From: an uncultured virus (IMG/VR IMGVR_UViG_3300050821_011652)
Taxonomy: Duplodnaviria; Heunggongvirae; Uroviricota; Caudoviricetes
Length of the DNA stretch: 20,000 nt
Reading direction: 5' to 3' (one strand)
IMG/VR virus record: IMGVR_UViG_3300050821_011652
Shown: positions 17,030-20,000 of the stretch, piece after piece
Numbering within the stretch: the stretch's first letter is position 1
How the letters are laid out: each line of letters opens with the position of its first letter
Position numbers and translations under genes: made by a program
Notes under the pieces: model-generated
Told to the model about the DNA's origin: nothing
The model's input: only the letters and a program-made list of their open reading frames with translations
Database searches by the model: none

Positions 17030-17055
17030 TACGGAACCGTCCCACGAATTCCATA
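17030..17055 (-). promoter_or_regulatory. Palindrome variant with 12-bp spacer abutting terL ATG
   Basis: Sense TATGGAA-ttcgtgggacgg-TTCCGTA-ATG. Confidence 0.55.
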
Positions 17056-17100
17056 CCCGAGCAAACTTTAGGAAATTTCAAGTTGCAATATCTTTATTTT

Positions 17101-18240
17101 ATGAGAAATATTGCGCACAATTCCCTACGCAAGGACGAAGACACTATAGACATGAAACAAAGACCAGAACGTAAAGACATGATGTCTCCAATACGCATAC
17201 AAAAAGGGCTGGCAAAGGTTGGGATTTACCACGTGATCAACCGCGACGAGTGGTTGCATTTCCAGGTGATCTGGAGGGAAGCGGGCAAAATGCGCCGAAA
17301 ACAGTTCCCGACCCTTGATGAAGCCAAGGCGTACGCGGAAGAACAAGCCGACAGGTTGGCAAATGGATCCGGCCTGTTGGTCCCGGTGCCCCGGAAAGAA
17401 ATTGCGAGGTACCGAAGCCTAGAGAACATGCTCGGGACCAAGGTCACGCTGGAAGATATCGTCCAGCAGTGGGTGGCGAAAAAGTCACACTTCCACCCGG
17501 GCACGCAAGACACCAAAGCGATTGTCGCCGAGTACCTGAAGCACCGGACCAAAGACAAAGAGGTTCTCCTCAAATTCAGCCTCTTTTTCGAGCCCGTGCC
17601 CTTCTCCAGCATTATCGCTCTGGATATCGAAAGATTCGTCAAAGACCAGAACTGGACCGGCAACCAATCGAGGCTTGATGCACTCCACGCCTTACAAGCC
17701 CTATTCGACTGGGCAAAAGAAAGGGGATACCTGGCCCCCACTACCCATACGGCTGCAGAGCAGGCTCTCGACGCCCAAGAAATAACAGAGATCCTATCTC
17801 CAGAGGAGCTCCGAACGATCTTAAAAAATGTTCCGAAACAAGATATCCCCCTCGTCGCCCTAAGCGCGTACGGAGGGTTCAGCCTGCAGCAGATCGCAAT
17901 GCTGCGATGGGAAGACATCAACTGGTCATCGAAGACGTTAGATCTTCAAGCGCTACAAATGAAAGAGCCGCTCAAGCTGTCGGAAGGCATAACTAAGATG
18001 CTACAGCGGTACCGAAAGCCCAAAGGGCCCTTGAAACAGGATCTCACACCTCAAAATCTCAGGCGCGTCGCGATCCGGTCGGGGATCAAACATTGGAAAC
18101 CCCGAATCCTTACGCGCTCATCCCGGATCTACACGCAGCTAAAAGAGAATCCCGACAACCAAGAAATCACCGGCATCGAATCTAAAGACGCCGAAAAGTG
18201 GTTTGAGGTGCTTGACACCTTAGGGCAAAGCAGCTCATGA
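17101..18240 (+). CDS. Tyrosine recombinase/integrase-like protein, apparently catalytically inactive (start uncertain: 17083/17101/17152/17180)
   Basis: Arm-binding-like N-terminus (RRKQFPTLDEAK), core-binding domain (LQALFDWAKERGYL), EILSPEELRTIL, box I-like GGFSLQQIAMLRWEDI. Catalytic R, HxxR and Y are not recognisable. Confidence 0.8.
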   Translation: MRNIAHNSLRKDEDTIDMKQRPERKDMMSPIRIQKGLAKVGIYHVINRDEWLHFQVIWREAGKMRRKQFPTLDEAKAYAEEQADRLANGSGLLVPVPRKEIARYRSLENMLGTKVTLEDIVQQWVAKKSHFHPGTQDTKAIVAEYLKHRTKDKEVLLKFSLFFEPVPFSSIIALDIERFVKDQNWTGNQSRLDALHALQALFDWAKERGYLAPTTHTAAEQALDAQEITEILSPEELRTILKNVPKQDIPLVALSAYGGFSLQQIAMLRWEDINWSSKTLDLQALQMKEPLKLSEGITKMLQRYRKPKGPLKQDLTPQNLRRVAIRSGIKHWKPRILTRSSRIYTQLKENPDNQEITGIESKDAEKWFEVLDTLGQSSS

Positions 18241-18425
18241 AAAGAGTCGATAAATTCGCGTATATCGTCGGACGAATAGTTGTTTGGCCCCTCTACGTCC
18301 TGATAGCTCTAGTCATGGTTCTAATAATCATTCGGGCAATCCCGGACATGCTTCTGTACTTCGCAATCGCCGCGATTATTTGGGGCATCGTGAAGATCGT
18401 ACAGTTCTTTCGGCGCCAACACTAA
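18237..18425 (+). CDS. Small two-TM membrane protein (possible superinfection exclusion)
   Basis: 62 aa, very hydrophobic with basic ends. ATGA-coupled to the recombinase-like gene and followed by a terminator. Confidence 0.7.
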   Translation: MKRVDKFAYIVGRIVVWPLYVLIALVMVLIIIRAIPDMLLYFAIAAIIWGIVKIVQFFRRQH

Positions 18426-18447
18426 AACCTTTCTTTTCACAATCGAG

Positions 18448-18485
18448 GCCCAGGAGCACGGACGTTCCTGGGCTTTTCGCGTTTT
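18448..18485 (+). terminator. Rho-independent terminator
   Basis: GCCCAGGAGC-acggac-GTTCCTGGGC stem (one G-U pair) followed by TTTTCGCGTTTT. Confidence 0.85.
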
Positions 18486-18498
18486 GCAATGCCCATAC

Positions 18499-18527
18499 TT
18501 TAATCGAAGTGTTAGTAATGCTATAAT
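18499..18527 (+). promoter_or_regulatory. Sigma70-type extended -10 promoter for the HTH/RuvC operon
   Basis: TGcTATAAT at 18519-18527. Weak -35 TTTAAT at 18499-18504 with 17-bp spacing. Confidence 0.65.
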
Positions 18528-18532
18528 TCTCA

Positions 18533-18556
18533 TATTGCACACTTGACTGTGCAATA
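18533..18556. promoter_or_regulatory. Operator-like palindrome at predicted transcription start
   Basis: Perfect 9-bp inverted repeat TATTGCACA-cttgac-TGTGCAATA directly after the -10 element. Contains a TTGACT -35-like hexamer. Confidence 0.6.
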
Positions 18557-18580
18557 GGCATCGCTTAAATCTTCCGCTTG

Positions 18581-18847
18581 ATGATCATCATAGGTTCCCC
18601 TGAAGCAATAGTGCAAAGGTATGATGACCACATAACCTTGCTCTCTGACCCTACAAACCCGGACACCCAGTTAACCAGCGAACAAGCTGCGAAGTTACTC
18701 GGGGTGTCTCTGCGGCAGTTTTATTACTTACGCAAAGACAATGTCCGCCCACTGCCGTACACGCGGAGCGGTTCAAGGGTATGGTTCAGTCGGAAAGCGC
18801 TTCTTAAGTTTAAATATGCTGCCCACCCCGCCTTTCCCCGTACATGA
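18581..18847 (+). CDS. Helix-turn-helix DNA-binding protein (excisionase/MerR-like, HTH_17-type)
   Basis: LTSEQAAKLLGVSLRQFYYLRK...LPYTRSGSRVWFSRKAL. Confidence 0.85.
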   Translation: MIIIGSPEAIVQRYDDHITLLSDPTNPDTQLTSEQAAKLLGVSLRQFYYLRKDNVRPLPYTRSGSRVWFSRKALLKFKYAAHPAFPRT

Positions 18848-19037
18848 AAACAAAGTCACCACTTTCCTTATTCTTAACGGATCCGAATTCATTGTTGGAT
18901 TCGTGATCGGCGACCCCGAACTGGGGCCGCTTATTCACCGCCAAGTCTACGACAATGGTCTCGAAGCACAGTATGCGCTGCGAGAACTGGAGGCCGATCT
19001 CTATGATAGGCCTGTAGAATCGCTCTCGACCACCTAA
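18816..19037 (+). CDS. Hypothetical protein
   Basis: In-frame ATG 18816 within track ORF 18741-19037; fills the gap between the HTH and RuvC genes. Confidence 0.55.
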   Translation: MLPTPPFPVHENKVTTFLILNGSEFIVGFVIGDPELGPLIHRQVYDNGLEAQYALRELEADLYDRPVESLSTT

Positions 19038-19053
19038 CCGCGGCAAGCTAGAA

Positions 19054-19075
19054 TATGGAACGAAATCGATCCTTA
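19054..19075 (+). promoter_or_regulatory. Dispersed palindrome copy at RuvC start
   Basis: TATGGAA-cgaaatcg-ATCCTTA. Confidence 0.55.
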
Positions 19076-19506
19076 TCGCAGCAATCGATCCTGGGCTCAA
19101 AGGCGGAATCGCCACATGGGATGGAAAGATTGTGGAAGCGTACCGAATGCCTGAGACCGACCTCAAACTTATTCAATTGCTCAGAGATCTAAATCCAAAT
19201 GAAACAATTATTGAAAAAGTTGGGACTTGGATCCCTCCTGAATGGAGAGGCAAATACGCTTTCACCTTCGGCTGGGCCGCCGGCGCGCCTTATTGGATAC
19301 TCAGGACACTGGGGAACCGCGTTCGTCTTATCCCTCCACAATGCTGGCAGCGGTCACTCAAGCTTGATCCTAAATCCGATCACGGGAAGAACTGGAAGAA
19401 GTATCTAATGGCTCAGGCCCAGCAAATGTACCCCCAGCTCGCAATCGATTTAACGACAGCCGATGCGCTGTTAATCTTGACTGCGGCTCTTCGCGGCCTA
19501 GTATAG
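19060..19506 (+). CDS. RuvC-like Holliday junction resolvase (start non-canonical or frameshifted)
   Basis: The frame upstream of the track start reads TKSILIAAIDPGLKGGIATW (RuvC motif I), then IIEKV, AFTFG, PQCWQ and ADALLI. Confidence 0.85.
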   Translation, partial: TKSILIAAIDPGLKGGIATWDGKIVEAYRMPETDLKLIQLLRDLNPNETIIEKVGTWIPPEWRGKYAFTFGWAAGAPYWILRTLGNRVRLIPPQCWQRSLKLDPKSDHGKNWKKYLMAQAQQMYPQLAIDLTTADALLILTAALRGLV

Positions 19507-19523
19507 AACAAGCACCATCCATA
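19502..19523 (+). promoter_or_regulatory. Dispersed palindrome copy between RuvC and next gene
   Basis: gTATAGAA-caagcacc-ATCCATAc, 5 nt before ATG 19529. Confidence 0.65.
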
Positions 19524-19528
19524 CCCGA

Positions 19529-19723
19529 ATGACCTTAATCAATAAAAAGGCCGTGCGCACTATCGCGCTCGAGCTAATGAAAACCCGCATACCTGCCCAT
19601 CCAGATGGCCGGCCCAAATTCGTTCGTGTCTCCAAAATCTTCCTCGATGAAACAGAGGCAGAGTTCCGAAACCTGATCGCCCAAAAAATAAAGAGTCACA
19701 GCACCGTGGGAAGGGTCATCTAG
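19529..19723 (+). CDS. Small basic hypothetical protein
   Basis: 64-aa ORF: LINKKAVR...FVRVSKIFLDE...H.TVGRVI. Confidence 0.7.
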   Translation: MTLINKKAVRTIALELMKTRIPAHPDGRPKFVRVSKIFLDETEAEFRNLIAQKIKSHSTVGRVI

Positions 19724-20000
19724 TGCCATCTGAACACGCCGAAATCCCGCCCTCAACGTTCGAGTATGGCGAAATGTGTGACTTCTGGAAGTCGGACAAC
19801 GACGGCGACGACAACGATCCAGAGATGGCCGCGAAGGGAACGGCTATCCACTCAGCAGTAGAAAAAGATGATCTTTCACTCGTCAAGGTCGAAGAAGACG
19901 CGCCGATCGCCCAATACTGCATCCGATACCGGGAACACATCCGAAAGCGGCTAGCAGGGCCCTACACTGAACGCCGAGAGGTCCGAGTACACATCTTGAG
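19723..20000 (+). CDS. PD-(D/E)XK / Cas4-like phage exonuclease (DUF2800-like), partial
   Basis: Not in the ORF track. GTG 19723 gives MPSEHAEIPPSTFEYGEMC...AAKGTAIHSAVE...REVRV, open to the window end. Shows the H...PS...C...GT..H N-terminal signature. Confidence 0.75.
   Translation, partial: MPSEHAEIPPSTFEYGEMCDFWKSDNDGDDNDPEMAAKGTAIHSAVEKDDLSLVKVEEDAPIAQYCIRYREHIRKRLAGPYTERREVRVHIL

Noticed and set aside
16223..17071. 282-aa + strand ORF
   Set aside because: Antisense shadow of the terminase gene with no recognisable motifs.
17226..17921. 231-aa - strand ORF
   Set aside because: Antisense shadow of the recombinase-like gene.
19064..19092. AATCGATCCT repeated 19 nt apart at the RuvC start
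   Set aside because: A forward hop between copies from ATG 19055 would not enter the RuvC frame; probably incidental.
1..20000. CRISPR array, tRNA/rRNA, IS elements, reverse transcriptase/DGR, stop-codon reassignment
   Set aside because: No regularly spaced repeats, RNA gene signatures, transposase or RT motifs seen. Genes are intact under the standard code and all three stop codons are used.

Overview
The window is part of a tailed dsDNA phage or prophage genome with two divergent arms meeting at about 17030-17100. The minus-strand morphogenesis arm runs: large terminase, three GT-A-like glycosyltransferases, a signal-peptide beta-helix protein, portal, hypothetical, scaffold, endonuclease VII-type homing endonuclease, major capsid protein, small acidic protein, a five-gene lysis cassette, a 1053-aa multidomain protein with a GH43_24-like propeller, an HNH endonuclease and a partial tail-fibre-type gene. 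The lysis cassette has two membrane proteins, two lipoproteins and a GH108 endolysin; two of these genes are missing from the ORF track. The plus-strand arm carries a tyrosine-recombinase-like protein, a membrane protein, an HTH protein, a RuvC-like resolvase and a partial PD-(D/E)XK-like nuclease. The strongest unexplained signal is a dispersed imperfect palindrome, TATGGAA-N8-TTCCATA, with about 10 copies. They sit mostly at gene junctions on both arms and are oriented with transcription. The same genome encodes a recombinase homologue that appears to have lost its catalytic residues, which suggests a domesticated integrase acting as regulator of an operator network (hypothesis). The capsid and RuvC frames also lack a good canonical start codon. 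All product calls come from motif recognition by eye; no searches were run.
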